64,000 bases of DNA, taken from the NCBI GenBank assembly GCA_965243135.1, contig OZ251539.1:2400001-2464000 (forward strand). Reading direction: 5' to 3'. This document shows positions 1-12,033 of the stretch, one piece after another. Position 1 is the stretch's first letter. Each line of letters begins with the position of its first letter. The DNA is from Alphaproteobacteria bacterium. GTDB lineage: Bacteria; Pseudomonadota; Alphaproteobacteria; MPNO01; UBA830. Under the pieces are notes generated by a model that made no database searches, was not told the DNA's origin, and was given only the letters and a program-made list of their open reading frames with translations. Position numbers and translations under genes: made by a program.

Positions 1-258
1 ACGGTCTCCGTCGCCGGCTCCGTTCAACGCGCGCGCCGTCCGCCAAGCGGACGGGAGATCCAGCTCGCTCCGGGGCGTCGCGTCGCGACCGCCCGGCATT
101 CGCGCTTCGTCGCGACGGTCCGCGGGCGCCCGGCGGACGGCGGCCGAAAAAAACGGCGCGGCGCAACCGTCCGGGCCTGCCGAAAGCGCCGCGGCACTTG
201 ACGCGCGGACGGCGGAAGGTCAGTTTGCCCCGACGCTCGCCCAATCTGGAGTCCGACG

Positions 259-1860
<1,602 letters not shown>

Positions 1861-1889
1861 CGGCACCGGGATTCCTGAAGGAGGATAGA

Positions 1890-3191
1890 ATGAAGAACAC
1901 GAAGCTCACGCGCCGGAAGTTCGTCGTCGCGTCCGCCGCCGCCGCCGCCGCGGCGCAGTTTCCGGCGCCGGCGATCGCCCAGGCGAAGACGATAAAGATC
2001 GGTTACGTCAGCCCGCAGACGGGTCCGCTGGCGCCTTTCGGCGAAAGCGACAACTTCAACGCCGACGGGTTTCGCGCCGCCGTGCGCAACGGCCTCAAGC
2101 TGGGGCGGACGACGCATCCGATCGAGTTGATCGTCAAGGATTCGCAATCCAATCCCAACCGCGCGGCCGAGGTCGCCAAGGAGTTGATCGTCGACGACGA
2201 GGTCGACCTGATGATGGTGGCCAACACGCCGGAAACGACCAATCCCGTCGCCACCCAGTGCGAAATCGAGGAAACGCCGTGCATCTCCACCAATTGCCCG
2301 TGGCAGCCCTGGTTCATCGGCCAGCAGGGCAATCCCGGCGACCCCGCGACGTGGAAGCCTTTCGAATGGGCGTATCATTACTTCTGGGGCCTCGAGGACG
2401 TCATCGCGGTTTTCACCAACATGTGGTCGCAGCTCGACACCAACAAAGTCGTGGCGGCCGCCTATCCGAACGACGCCGACGGCAACGCCTGGGGCGACAA
2501 GAAGCTGGGATTTCCGCCGGTGCTGGCCGACAAGGGCTTCAAGCTGATCGATCCCGGCCGCTATCAGAACCTCACCGACGACTTCACCGCCCAGATCACG
2601 GCCTACAAGAACGCGGGCGCCGAAATCATGACCGGCGTCATGCTGCCGCCCGACTTCACGGTGTTCTGGACGCAGGCCCGCCAGCAGGGCTTTCGTCCGA
2701 AGGCGGCGAGCGTCGGAAAGGCGATCCTGTTCCCGGTGTCCGTCGAGGCGCTCGGCGAGGCCGGCCACAACCTGTCGTCCGAGGTGTGGTGGTCGCCGGC
2801 GCATCCGTTCCGGTCGTCGCTCACGGGACAGTCCGCGGGCGATCTCGCGAAAGCCTACGCGGCGGCGACCGGCAAGCAGTGGACGCAGCCGATCGGCTTC
2901 GTCCACAGCCTGTTCGAGATGGCGGTCGACGTTCTGAAGCGCGCGGCGGACGTCGGCGACCGCAAGGCCGTCCGCGACGCCCTCGCCTCGACCAACCTCG
3001 ACACCATCGTGGGCAACGTCCGCTGGGACGGCAAGGGCGTGCCCCCGTTCGCCGCGAAGAACATCTCGAAGACTCCGCTGGTCGGCGGGCAGTGGCGGCA
3101 TGTCGGCGGCGGCAAGTACGATCTGGTCGTCACCGACAACCGGACGGCGCCGCAGATTCCGGTCACGTCCGAAATGCAGGCCATTTCCTGA
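1890..3191 (+). CDS. ABC transporter substrate-binding protein (branched-chain amino acid/aromatic type) with Tat signal
   Basis: GGAGG RBS before ATG 1890; N-terminal TRRKF twin-arginine signal; IKIGYVSPQTGPLA; heads a Liv-type operon. Confidence 0.9.
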   Translation: MKNTKLTRRKFVVASAAAAAAAQFPAPAIAQAKTIKIGYVSPQTGPLAPFGESDNFNADGFRAAVRNGLKLGRTTHPIELIVKDSQSNPNRAAEVAKELIVDDEVDLMMVANTPETTNPVATQCEIEETPCISTNCPWQPWFIGQQGNPGDPATWKPFEWAYHYFWGLEDVIAVFTNMWSQLDTNKVVAAAYPNDADGNAWGDKKLGFPPVLADKGFKLIDPGRYQNLTDDFTAQITAYKNAGAEIMTGVMLPPDFTVFWTQARQQGFRPKAASVGKAILFPVSVEALGEAGHNLSSEVWWSPAHPFRSSLTGQSAGDLAKAYAAATGKQWTQPIGFVHSLFEMAVDVLKRAADVGDRKAVRDALASTNLDTIVGNVRWDGKGVPPFAAKNISKTPLVGGQWRHVGGGKYDLVVTDNRTAPQIPVTSEMQAIS

Positions 3192-3196
3192 TCCCT

Positions 3197-3221
3197 CCGC
3201 CCGGGCTTCCTGCCCGGGCGG
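3197..3221 (+). terminator. GC-rich stem-loop between binding-protein and ATPase genes (mRNA stabiliser/attenuator-like)
   Basis: CCGCCCGGGC-ttcct-GCCCGGGCGG perfect 10-bp stem, no U-tract. Confidence 0.5.
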
Positions 3222-3232
3222 CCGCCCCCGCC

Positions 3233-3949
3233 ATGCTGCTGCAGCTCAGCGATCTCTCGAAAGCCTTCGGGTCGGTGGTCGTCGCCGACCGACTCGACCT
3301 GTGGGTCGCCGAAGGCGCGGCCATCGGCATCGTCGGCCCCAACGGCGCCGGCAAGTCTTCGCTGTTCAACCTGATCACCGGCGAACTGGCGCCCGACAGC
3401 GGAACCGTGCTGCTCGGCGGCCGCGACCTGACCCGCGCCGCGCCGCCGGAACGCTGCCGCGCCGGCATCGGCCGCTCCTATCAGATCCCGCAACCCTTCG
3501 AGACGCTGACCGTGTTCGAGAACCTGCTGGTCGGCGCGATCTACGGTCGCGGGCTGCGCAAGGCCCAGGCCGCCGAGCATTGCGGCGAGGTCCTGGAACG
3601 AACGCGGCTGCTCGACCGCGCCAACCGGACCGCCGGATCCCTGTCGCTGCTCGAGCGCAAGAGACTCGAGATGGCGCGAGCGCTGGCGACGCGGCCGCGC
3701 TTGCTTCTGCTCGACGAGATCGCCGGCGGGCTCACCGAACAGGAATGCGCGGACCTCGTGGCCACCATTGCCGACATCCACCGCAGCGGCGTCACCATCG
3801 TCTGGATCGAACACGTCGTCCACGCTCTGCTGGCGGCGGTCGAACGGCTGGTGGTGCTGGATTTCGGACGGCTGATCGCCGACGGCGACCCGCGCGCCGT
3901 CATGGCGTCCCGCGAGGTCCAGGAAATCTACACGGGGCTGACGGAGTAA
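3233..3949 (+). CDS. ABC transporter ATP-binding protein (LivG-like)
   Basis: Walker A GPNGAGKS, Walker B LLLLDE, WIEH H-loop. Confidence 0.9.
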   Translation: MLLQLSDLSKAFGSVVVADRLDLWVAEGAAIGIVGPNGAGKSSLFNLITGELAPDSGTVLLGGRDLTRAAPPERCRAGIGRSYQIPQPFETLTVFENLLVGAIYGRGLRKAQAAEHCGEVLERTRLLDRANRTAGSLSLLERKRLEMARALATRPRLLLLDEIAGGLTEQECADLVATIADIHRSGVTIVWIEHVVHALLAAVERLVVLDFGRLIADGDPRAVMASREVQEIYTGLTE

Positions 3950-4429
3950 TGGCGCTGCTCGAGACGCGCGGCCTCGTCGCCCGCTACGGCGACTTCCAGG
4001 CGCTTTACGGTATCGACACCGAACTCGGCGAGGGCGAGACCATCGCCGTTATCGGCGCCAACGGCGCCGGCAAGTCGACCTACCTGCACAGCATCGTCGG
4101 ATTGCATCCCGGCGGCGGCGACGCCGTGCTCCTCGACGGCCGTCCCATCGGCCATCTGCCGCCCTCGGAAATCGTCGGGCTGGGCGTGGCGCTGGTGCCG
4201 GAAGGCCGAAGGCTGTTCGCTTCCCTCAGCGTCGAAGAAAATCTGCGGATCGGCGCGTACGGGCGCAAGCGGCCGGGATACTGGACCCTGGAAACCGTGT
4301 TCGCGCTTTTCCCGGCGCTGGCGGAACGGCGCCAGTTTCCGGCCAACCGGCTGTCGGGCGGCCAGCAGCAAATGGCGGCGTTCGGCCGCGCGCTCATGTC
4401 CAATCCGCGAGTCCTGCTGTGCGACGAGG

Positions 4430-6077
4430 CAGCAATTCCCGCTAAGGCTCGAAACCCTTGAAAAATATGGGGCCGGAAAAAAGTCTTTCGTGGACTTTTC
4501 GAGGTGATTCGGGGCTATTTGCCTTCGAGCGGAGCATTTTTCTCTGGAAAGTGGTCCGAAGGCGAGGCGGGATTGTACCAAAATGGCCAGAATGCCAGGC
4601 ATGCGCAAGACGCTCAGCGCTCCGGGATTGCTGAAGGAAGTGCGAGCTTGTTTCGACCGTATTGAAGATCCGATCGCGAGCCGGGGGCTGAACCAGACGG
4701 ACTGTCTGATGTCGGGTCTAGCGGTGTTCGGTATGAAGTATGCGTCGCTTCTGCAATTCGACGAAGCCGCGCACGCCGACGAAGCGGTTCGGCACAACCT
4801 CGCGACCTTATACGGCGTCAAGCGCGTGCCGTCGGACACTGCGATGCGCGAACGGCTTGACGAAGTCTGTCCGCGGCAATTGCGGCGTTGTTTCACGAAG
4901 ATGTTCCAGGTTTTGCAACGAGGCAAGGGGTTGGAACAATACACTTGTCTGAACGGGCATTACGCTCTTTCGATCGATGGAACGGGATACTTCTCGTCGA
5001 ACAAGGTGCACTGTAAAAATTGCTGCGAGAAACACCACCGCGACGGTACGATTACCTACTACCACCAGATGTTGGGGGCCGTTCTGGTGCATCCGGAACA
5101 AAAGGAGGTTTTTCCGTTTGCACCGGAACCGATCCTGAAGGAAGACGGCGCAAAAAAGAACGATTGCGAACGCAACGCAGCGAAACGGCTTCTGGAAGAT
5201 GTGCGTCGTGAACACCCGCACCTGAAGCTAGTTGTGTTGGAAGATGGGCTGGCCTCGAACGGACCACATGTCAATCTTCTCAAGGAGTTAGACATGCGTT
5301 TCATACTGGGGGCGAAGCCCGGCGACCACAAATTCCTGTTCGAGTGGGTCAACAACGCGCCGTCCGTGGAGCGCCGGGAGTTCACGGACGGTGACAACAT
5401 ACGGCACGAATTCCGGTATCTCAACGGAGTGCCTCTGAACGATACGCACTTCGACCTCAAAGTGAACTTTCTCGAATACTGGGAGAAGCTCCCAAACGGT
5501 AAGAAACAACGTTTCTCCTGGGTCACGGATCTGCCAATTGACGAAGGGAACCTGATGGAGTTGATGCGCACCGGGCGGGCGCGCTGGAAGATCGAGAACG
5601 AAACTTTCAACACCCTGAAGAACCAAGGCTACTGCTTTGAGCACAACTTCGGTCACGGTAACAAGAATCTGTCGACGGTCTTTGCGTTCCTGATGATGCT
5701 GGCGTTCCTGATTGACCAGATTCAACAGCGATGTTGCAAACTGTTCCAACAGGCACAAACGAAGGCCAAGCGGCCCATTTACTTCTGGGAAAAGGCGCGG
5801 GGATTGTTTCTCGAATACTTCTTGAAGGACTGGGAAACACTCTACCGAATGATCGCGTTTGGATACCGGAAAGCAGAGGGAATTCCCTACGACACCTCCT
5901 GACCTGGCACCGTGACCGAATGTGCTAAAGCAAGTTTTTCAGGGGAAACAGGATGGTCAAGGCTAAGTCGGCACCAAGCCGAAGCGGGGAAGGTGCGTCG
6001 CGGCGGCTGATCCCTCGGTAACGACGCTATCTCGACGCGCCTTTCGCAAAGGGCGGCCACCTTAGCGGGAATTTCTG
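4430..6077 (+). mobile_element. Intact insertion sequence (DDE transposase, IS4-like/ISNCY type), 1648 bp
   Basis: TIRs CAGCAATTCCCGCTAAGG (4430-4447) and revcomp CAGAAATTCCCGCTAAGG (6060-6077), 17/18 identical; 9-bp TSD GCGACGAGG at 4421-4429 and 6078-6086; visibly lower GC. Confidence 0.95.
4583..5902 (+). CDS. DDE transposase
   Basis: 439 aa; SIDGT, LEDGL, GRARWKIENETFNTLKNQGY motifs; lies between the TIRs. Confidence 0.92.
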   Translation: MARMPGMRKTLSAPGLLKEVRACFDRIEDPIASRGLNQTDCLMSGLAVFGMKYASLLQFDEAAHADEAVRHNLATLYGVKRVPSDTAMRERLDEVCPRQLRRCFTKMFQVLQRGKGLEQYTCLNGHYALSIDGTGYFSSNKVHCKNCCEKHHRDGTITYYHQMLGAVLVHPEQKEVFPFAPEPILKEDGAKKNDCERNAAKRLLEDVRREHPHLKLVVLEDGLASNGPHVNLLKELDMRFILGAKPGDHKFLFEWVNNAPSVERREFTDGDNIRHEFRYLNGVPLNDTHFDLKVNFLEYWEKLPNGKKQRFSWVTDLPIDEGNLMELMRTGRARWKIENETFNTLKNQGYCFEHNFGHGNKNLSTVFAFLMMLAFLIDQIQQRCCKLFQQAQTKAKRPIYFWEKARGLFLEYFLKDWETLYRMIAFGYRKAEGIPYDTS

Positions 6078-6311
6078 GCGACGAGGTCTCGCTCGGACTG
6101 GCGCCGATGATCGTTCGCGACATCTACGCCGCGTTGCCGACGATACGCGAGAACGGCGCGGCGGTTCTGCTCGTCGAACAGGACTTGCGGCGCGCGCTGG
6201 GAGTCGCGGACCGCGTCTACTGCTTCATGGAGGGCCGCGTGACGCTGGAAGGGCGGCCCGACGCCCTGGACGCGGACGACATCCGCCGCGCGTATTTCGG
6301 GATGTAGCTCG

Positions 6312-7181
6312 ATGCTGACCTGGATCGACGCGATCTTGCAGGGCGCGCTGCTCGGGGGGCTGTACGCGCTGTTCGCCGCCGGCCTGTCGCTGATGTTCGG
6401 CATCATGCGGCTCGTCAACCTCGCGCACGGCGACCTGATCGTCCTCGCGGCGTTCTTCATCCTGCTCGTCGCCGACTCGTTCGGCGTCGACATCTTCCTC
6501 GCCACGGCCGCCGTGCTGCCCGCCATGTTCGCGACGGGCTACCTGCTGCAGCGGCATCTCCTGAACTTCACGCTCGGCCACGACATTCTGCCGCCGCTTC
6601 TGGTCACGTTCGGAATCTCGATCGTCATCCAGAACGGACTCCTCGAAAGCTTCAGCGCCGACAGCCGCCGCCTCCAGGCGTTCGGCCTCGAGACCGCGTC
6701 CTGGTCGCTCGGGGGCGGCATCGCGATCGGCGTCCTGCCCGCGATGACCTTCGCCACGGCCGTCGCCGCCATCGTCGTTCTGAACCGGATCATGTACCGG
6801 ACGGAGCTGGGCCGCGCCTTCCGCGCCACGTCGGACGATCCGGCGACGGCGCAGTTGATGGGCATCGACAACCGCCGGATCTTCGCGGTCGCGACCGCGA
6901 TCGCGTTCGTCGTCGTGGCGATCTCGGCGCTTTATTTCGGGAATCGGGCCCAGTTCGATCCGACCATCGGCGCGTTCCGCCTTCTTTACGCCTTCGAGGC
7001 GGTCATCATCGGCGGCCTGGGAAGCCTGTGGGGAACGCTGGCGGGCGGCGTCATTCTCGGCGTGGCGCAGACCGTGGGCGCCAAGATCAATCCCGAATGG
7101 CAGATCCTCGCGGGCCATGCCGTATTCCTGGTCGTCCTCGTCGTCCGCCCGCGCGGCCTTTTTCCGCGGACGACCGACTGA
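6312..7181 (+). CDS. Branched-chain amino acid ABC permease (LivH-like)
   Basis: Hydrophobic; GLSLMFGIMRLVNLAHG, TELGRAFRA, IIGGLGSLWG. Confidence 0.92.
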   Translation: MLTWIDAILQGALLGGLYALFAAGLSLMFGIMRLVNLAHGDLIVLAAFFILLVADSFGVDIFLATAAVLPAMFATGYLLQRHLLNFTLGHDILPPLLVTFGISIVIQNGLLESFSADSRRLQAFGLETASWSLGGGIAIGVLPAMTFATAVAAIVVLNRIMYRTELGRAFRATSDDPATAQLMGIDNRRIFAVATAIAFVVVAISALYFGNRAQFDPTIGAFRLLYAFEAVIIGGLGSLWGTLAGGVILGVAQTVGAKINPEWQILAGHAVFLVVLVVRPRGLFPRTTD

Positions 7182-8242
7182 TGGCGCGCTTCCGCGTCGA
7201 AACCCGCACGCGCGCGTCGACCGCCGCCGTCGTGGCGGGCGTCGCCCTTTTCGCCGCGCTGGCGGCGGCGCCGGCCTTCGTTTCGCGCAGCGTCATCCAG
7301 GATCTGTTCTTCGTGCTGACGATGCTCGCGCTGGCGCAGTACTGGAACCTGCTGGCGGGCTACGCCGGCCTGGTGTCGGTCGGCCAGCAGGCGTTCGTCG
7401 GCCTGGGCGGGTACACCCTGTTCGCGGCGACCATCCTTTACGGCCTGGATCCGATGATCGCCGTCGCGCTGGCAGGTCTCGTGTCAATGGCCTTGGCGCT
7501 TCCCACCGCTCTGGTGATTTTCCGGCTCCGGGGGGCGTATTTCGCGATCGGCACCTGGGTCGCGGCCGAGGTTTTCCGCCTCGTGCTGGCGCAATGGAAG
7601 AGCGTCGGCGGCGGCACCGGCACCTCGCTGCCTCGCAGCGCGACCAGCGGCATCTACGGCCTCGACGCGATCAAGGAGCTGTTCGACGTGCGCACGTCGG
7701 CGGCGCGGGACATCGAAGCCTACTGGCTGGCCCTCCTGCTCGCCGCGGGGACGATCGCGCTGACCTGCGCGATACTGCGCGCCCGGCACGGCCTCGCCCT
7801 CGCCGCGATCCGCGATTCGGAGACCGCCGCCGGCAGCCTCGGCGTCCGCGGCTTCCGAACGAAGCTCTGGGTCTTCGCCGTCGCCGCGTTCGGCACCGGG
7901 CTGACCGGGGCGCTGATCTATTTTCAGAAAGCGCGGATATCGCCGGACGCCGCGTTTTCGGTGATCGACTGGACCGCGTTCGTGGTGTTCATCGTCGTCA
8001 TCGGCGGCATCGGCACCGTCGAGGGACCGATCATCGGAGTCCTGATCTTTTTCGTCCTGCAAAACTACCTCGCCGATTACGGGACCTGGTATCTGATGCT
8101 GCTCGGCGCGACAGCCATCGCCGTCATGCTGTTCGCGCCGCAGGGCATCTGGGGTTTCGTGTCGCAGCGCTACGGCCTGCAGCTGTTTCCGGTGCGCCGC
8201 CGGCTGATCGTCGGCGCGGGGCGGAAAACCGGCGACCGGTGA
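7181..8242 (+). CDS. Branched-chain amino acid ABC permease (LivM-like)
   Basis: ATG overlaps the upstream TGA; WNLLAGYAGLVSVGQQAF, RLRGAYFAIGT, VVIGGIGT. Confidence 0.92.
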   Translation: MARFRVETRTRASTAAVVAGVALFAALAAAPAFVSRSVIQDLFFVLTMLALAQYWNLLAGYAGLVSVGQQAFVGLGGYTLFAATILYGLDPMIAVALAGLVSMALALPTALVIFRLRGAYFAIGTWVAAEVFRLVLAQWKSVGGGTGTSLPRSATSGIYGLDAIKELFDVRTSAARDIEAYWLALLLAAGTIALTCAILRARHGLALAAIRDSETAAGSLGVRGFRTKLWVFAVAAFGTGLTGALIYFQKARISPDAAFSVIDWTAFVVFIVVIGGIGTVEGPIIGVLIFFVLQNYLADYGTWYLMLLGATAIAVMLFAPQGIWGFVSQRYGLQLFPVRRRLIVGAGRKTGDR

Positions 8243-8434
8243 CGCGGCGAGGAGATGCGCTTTCCGGCTGCGGGCGCGCCCCGCAAGCGACCGCGCATCG
8301 GAGTTCCGGGGCGGGCCCGTCGACCGGACGAGCCGCCGGCAAAACGCGGCGCGCGCGCCGCAGGCCGGAATCGACTTGGAGCGGAGCCCGTGCTAGACTC
8401 CCGCTCCGTTGATCGTCAAGGGGAGAACTGTTCC

Positions 8435-9403
8435 ATGAACTATCTGAAATTCGTTCTGGGCGCGGCCGTCGGCGTTGCGTTCGCGGCCTCGGCGTCGGCG
8501 CAGACCGTCGGCATCGGCGCCACCAAGGCAGGCGCCGTTTCGCAGATCACGGCGACGATATCCAAAGCGGTCTCCGAACACGGCGACGGCCTGCAGATGC
8601 GCAAGCAGACCATGGGCGGCACGCAGCAATACATTCCGGTCGTCAATGCCGGCGAAATCGAGTTCGGAATTTCCAACATGGCCCAATACCACATGGCCAG
8701 AACCGGCACGGGGCTTTCCGAAGGCCAAAAATACGACAAGCTGCGCCTCGTCACGACGATGATGAAGTTCACCGTCAGCCCGGTCGTGCCCCTGGAGTCG
8801 GGCATCACGAAGGTTTCCCAGCTGAAGGGAACGCGGATGGCGGTCGGCTTCAAGGGGGCGCCGCTGTTCGTGAACCTCCACAACGGCACTCTCGCCACCG
8901 CCGGGTTGACTCCCGACGACATCAAGCCGGTTCCGCAGGTCGGCCTCGTCCAGCACTGGCGCGCCTTCATGGCCGGCAAGATCGACTGGGCCATCGCCGC
9001 CGCAGGCTCCGGTTTCGTCAAGCAGATGAACGCCAAGATCGCGGGCGGGGTGCGGCACTTGTCGCTCGACGACACGCCGGAGTCCCTGAAGAAAATGCAC
9101 ACGTGGTTCCCGAAATCGTACTACAGCACCGTCAATCCCGCCAAAGGCCTGACGGGCGTTACCGAGCCCACGGTGTTCATCACCTACGACTACCTGCTGT
9201 GGTCGAGCACGCACGTCTCCGACGAGATCGTCTACAAGGTCGCGAAGGTGATGCACAATCAGGCGAAGCAGCTGAAGGAAGGCGGCCCGCTGTGGCGGTC
9301 TTACGAAGCCGGCAAGCGCATGTCCAAACCGCAGGGCCATCCCTATCATCCGGGCGCGGCCAAGTACTACAAGGAAGTCGGCCTCTGGCAAGGCGCAAGC
9401 TGA
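8435..9403 (+). CDS. TAXI-family TRAP transporter solute receptor
   Basis: GGAG RBS, signal peptide, C-terminal PYHPGAAKYYKEVGL motif; followed by a fused TRAP permease. Confidence 0.88.
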   Translation: MNYLKFVLGAAVGVAFAASASAQTVGIGATKAGAVSQITATISKAVSEHGDGLQMRKQTMGGTQQYIPVVNAGEIEFGISNMAQYHMARTGTGLSEGQKYDKLRLVTTMMKFTVSPVVPLESGITKVSQLKGTRMAVGFKGAPLFVNLHNGTLATAGLTPDDIKPVPQVGLVQHWRAFMAGKIDWAIAAAGSGFVKQMNAKIAGGVRHLSLDDTPESLKKMHTWFPKSYYSTVNPAKGLTGVTEPTVFITYDYLLWSSTHVSDEIVYKVAKVMHNQAKQLKEGGPLWRSYEAGKRMSKPQGHPYHPGAAKYYKEVGLWQGAS

Positions 9404-9415
9404 CCGACCGCTTCG

Positions 9416-9449
9416 AGTCGACCGCGCCCGGGGGCGCGGTCGACTTTTC
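9416..9449 (+). terminator. Intrinsic terminator-like hairpin
   Basis: AGTCGACCGCGCC-cggg-GGCGCGGTCGACT 13-bp stem followed by a short T run, just after stop 9403. Confidence 0.65.
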
Positions 9450-9716
9450 CGGCGCAACCGCCCCCTGGAACGCCGGGCGGATAACGTTGCCTCGGCCGGT
9501 CGCCAGTGATTCGCAACGCGAGAGCGGCGCAGCGCGTCTTGCGGCGCGGCGCATGATCGCGACCTGAAGTCGGCGCTCGGCCGGCATCTCGTCGGACATG
9601 GGGGAAGACCGGACGGCTTCGTTCGTCCGGCGGCGGAAGCGTCAACCGGGGCGTCTCGGAGATCGCAGGAGATCGTCGCAGGTTTCGGAGAACGGCGACC
9701 GAAGGAGAACCTGACC

Positions 9717-11681
9717 GTGAACGGACGAACTGACGGCGGCCGCAGCGCTTCCCTGCTCTCCCAGCGGAAGGAATCCGCGCTGATCACGCGCCTGTCGCTC
9801 GGTCTCGGCGCAATCATCACCGTTATCGCCGTTACCTGGTCGGTAGACCTCTGGCTTGAACTGGGCTTCGCGTGGTTCGACGAACAGGCGATGACGGCCT
9901 GCCTCGGCCTGACCCTGGGAATAATCTTCATCCGCTTCCCGGCGAGACCCGGAAAAGAGCGCATGTCGCTGCCCTGGTACGACGCGGTTCTCGCGGCGCT
10001 CGGCATCGGCAGCAGTTTCTACCTCGTCTACACGTACGGCGAGATCGAAGCCAATCCGTTCGCGATGCGGGAAAGGGCGTTCGGCATAAGCGTCATCCTG
10101 TTGCCGCTGGTTTGGGAGGCGTTGCGACGCACGACGGGCTGGAGCCTGACCATCGTGTTCAGTTTCTTTCTGGCCTACGCTTTCGTCGGGCACCTCATGC
10201 CGGGCATGCTCAAGGGCGTCGAACAGAACAACGTGCGGCTGATCGCCGAACTGGGCGTAACGAACGTCGCGCTGCTCGGCCTGCCCCTGAAGATCATCGT
10301 GCTGACCGTCGTGCTGTTCATCTGGATGGGGCAACTGCTTCTGCACACCGGCGCGTCCGAATGGTTCACCGATTTCGCCGCCGCCGTGATGGGGCGTTCC
10401 CGCGGCGGCTCCGCCAAGATCGCCGTCGTGGCGTCGGGTTTGTTCGGCTCGATCTCGGGATCGGCCGTGTCCAACGTCGCGTCGACCGGCGTGATCACGA
10501 TACCGCTGATGCGCCAGGCCGGCTACGACGCCAGGAGCGCCGGCGCGATCGAGGCGGTCGCCTCCACCGGCGGTCAGATCATGCCGCCGATCATGGGCGC
10601 GGCGGCGTTCCTGATGGCGGAACTCCTGGAGCTCGAATACACGGAGGTCATTCTCGCGGCGCTTCTGCCGTCCGTGCTTTACTACCTCGCCGTCTTCGTC
10701 CAGGCCGACCTCGAGGCGGCGAAGAACGGCATCGCGCCCCTCCCGAAGGACCGCATACCGCCGATCCTGCGCGTCGCGAAGGAAGGCTGGTTCTTCACGT
10801 TGCCTTACGTCGTGCTCATCTACACCCTGTTCTGGATGAACATGCCGCCGCAACAGTCGGCATTCTGGGCGGCGGTGACGGTGGCCGTCGTCAGCGTGGT
10901 CTTCGCCTACAAGAAGCACCGGATCACTCCGGCGCAGCTCTGGGATTCCATCGCCGGCTGCGGGCGCGCCGCCGCCGACATCGTCGTCATCGGCGCGATG
11001 GCGGGGATCATCATCGCCATACTCGACCGCACGGGCCTCGGGCAGGCGCTTACGCTAATTCTCGCCTCGGTCGGCGAAGGCAGCCTGGTGCTGTTGCTTA
11101 TCCTGACGGCAATAGTCTCGATCCTGCTCGGCATGGGAATGCCGACGTCGGCGATCTACCTGCTGCTGGCCACGATGATCGCGCCGTCTCTGATCAAGCT
11201 GGGGATCCACCCGATCGCGGCGCACATGTTCGTGCTGTATTTCGGGCTGATGTCGATGATAACGCCGCCCGTGGCGATCGCCGCATTCGCGGCGGCGTCC
11301 CTCGCTGGTTCGAAGCCGATGGAAACCGGCGCGACGGCAGTGCGGCTCGGCTGGATCGCCTACGTGATCCCGTTCGTATTCGTGCTTTCTCCGGCTCTGA
11401 TCGGCCAAGGCACCGCTTTCGAAATCGTTTCGGCGGCGGCGACGGCCATTATCGGCGTATGGATCGCGTCCTGCGGTTTGATCGGCCACATGTTCGGGCC
11501 CCTCACCCCTCTCGCCCGGGCCCTCTTCTTCGTCGCCGGAATGCTGCTTCTGCTGCCCGCGGACGCGCTGCCCAACGGGCTGCTGATCAATGCCGCCGGC
11601 TTCGGTCTCGGAGCATTGCTGACGACCAGGAATTATCTGGCGAACAAGCGCGGAGAAATCCGGGCGGCGACCGGCGAATAG
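9717..11681 (+). CDS. TRAP transporter fused permease (4TM/12TM, TAXI-associated)
   Basis: 654 aa, many TM segments; GRSRGGSAK, SGSAVSNVASTG, EAVASTGGQIMPPIMGAAAF, ITPPVA. Confidence 0.93.
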   Translation: MNGRTDGGRSASLLSQRKESALITRLSLGLGAIITVIAVTWSVDLWLELGFAWFDEQAMTACLGLTLGIIFIRFPARPGKERMSLPWYDAVLAALGIGSSFYLVYTYGEIEANPFAMRERAFGISVILLPLVWEALRRTTGWSLTIVFSFFLAYAFVGHLMPGMLKGVEQNNVRLIAELGVTNVALLGLPLKIIVLTVVLFIWMGQLLLHTGASEWFTDFAAAVMGRSRGGSAKIAVVASGLFGSISGSAVSNVASTGVITIPLMRQAGYDARSAGAIEAVASTGGQIMPPIMGAAAFLMAELLELEYTEVILAALLPSVLYYLAVFVQADLEAAKNGIAPLPKDRIPPILRVAKEGWFFTLPYVVLIYTLFWMNMPPQQSAFWAAVTVAVVSVVFAYKKHRITPAQLWDSIAGCGRAAADIVVIGAMAGIIIAILDRTGLGQALTLILASVGEGSLVLLLILTAIVSILLGMGMPTSAIYLLLATMIAPSLIKLGIHPIAAHMFVLYFGLMSMITPPVAIAAFAAASLAGSKPMETGATAVRLGWIAYVIPFVFVLSPALIGQGTAFEIVSAAATAIIGVWIASCGLIGHMFGPLTPLARALFFVAGMLLLLPADALPNGLLINAAGFGLGALLTTRNYLANKRGEIRAATGE

Positions 11682-12033
11682 CTTTTTTCCCGAAGGCGCA
11701 GAGAATCCCCTCCGTCGGCGGCGGCAAGGAGTTTTCCGCTGGAACGATGGAAATTCTTTCGCTTTCGGTAGCTGCCCGAGCGGCGTCGCGAACGGGAAGT
11801 TCGAGCGACCGGCAGCGACGGAACGACCGCCTTCGCTTCCGTCGTCCCGAAGGGGACCAACGCCGGTCAGTTGCCCGTGGCGCTTCGCGGCCCCGCGCAG
11901 AGCGACCCCTCGCCTCGGAAAAGAGCGCCGCTCGCCGGCGTGGCGGGGGAACTTCGCGCGGTTGCCGGCCACTCGGAATTCCCTTGCCGCCGTCCGCGTG
12001 GTAAAAGTCCGACGAAACGGTCGGAGGAGCTGA

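Larger units (their letters stand above)
3949..6307 (+). pseudogene. ABC transporter ATP-binding protein (LivF-like), interrupted by an IS
   Basis: 5' part 3949-4429 (GANGAGKS, LSGGQQQM, VLLCDE). Removing the IS and one TSD copy restores LLCDEVSLGLAPMIVRDIY...LLVEQ to stop 6307. Confidence 0.93.
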
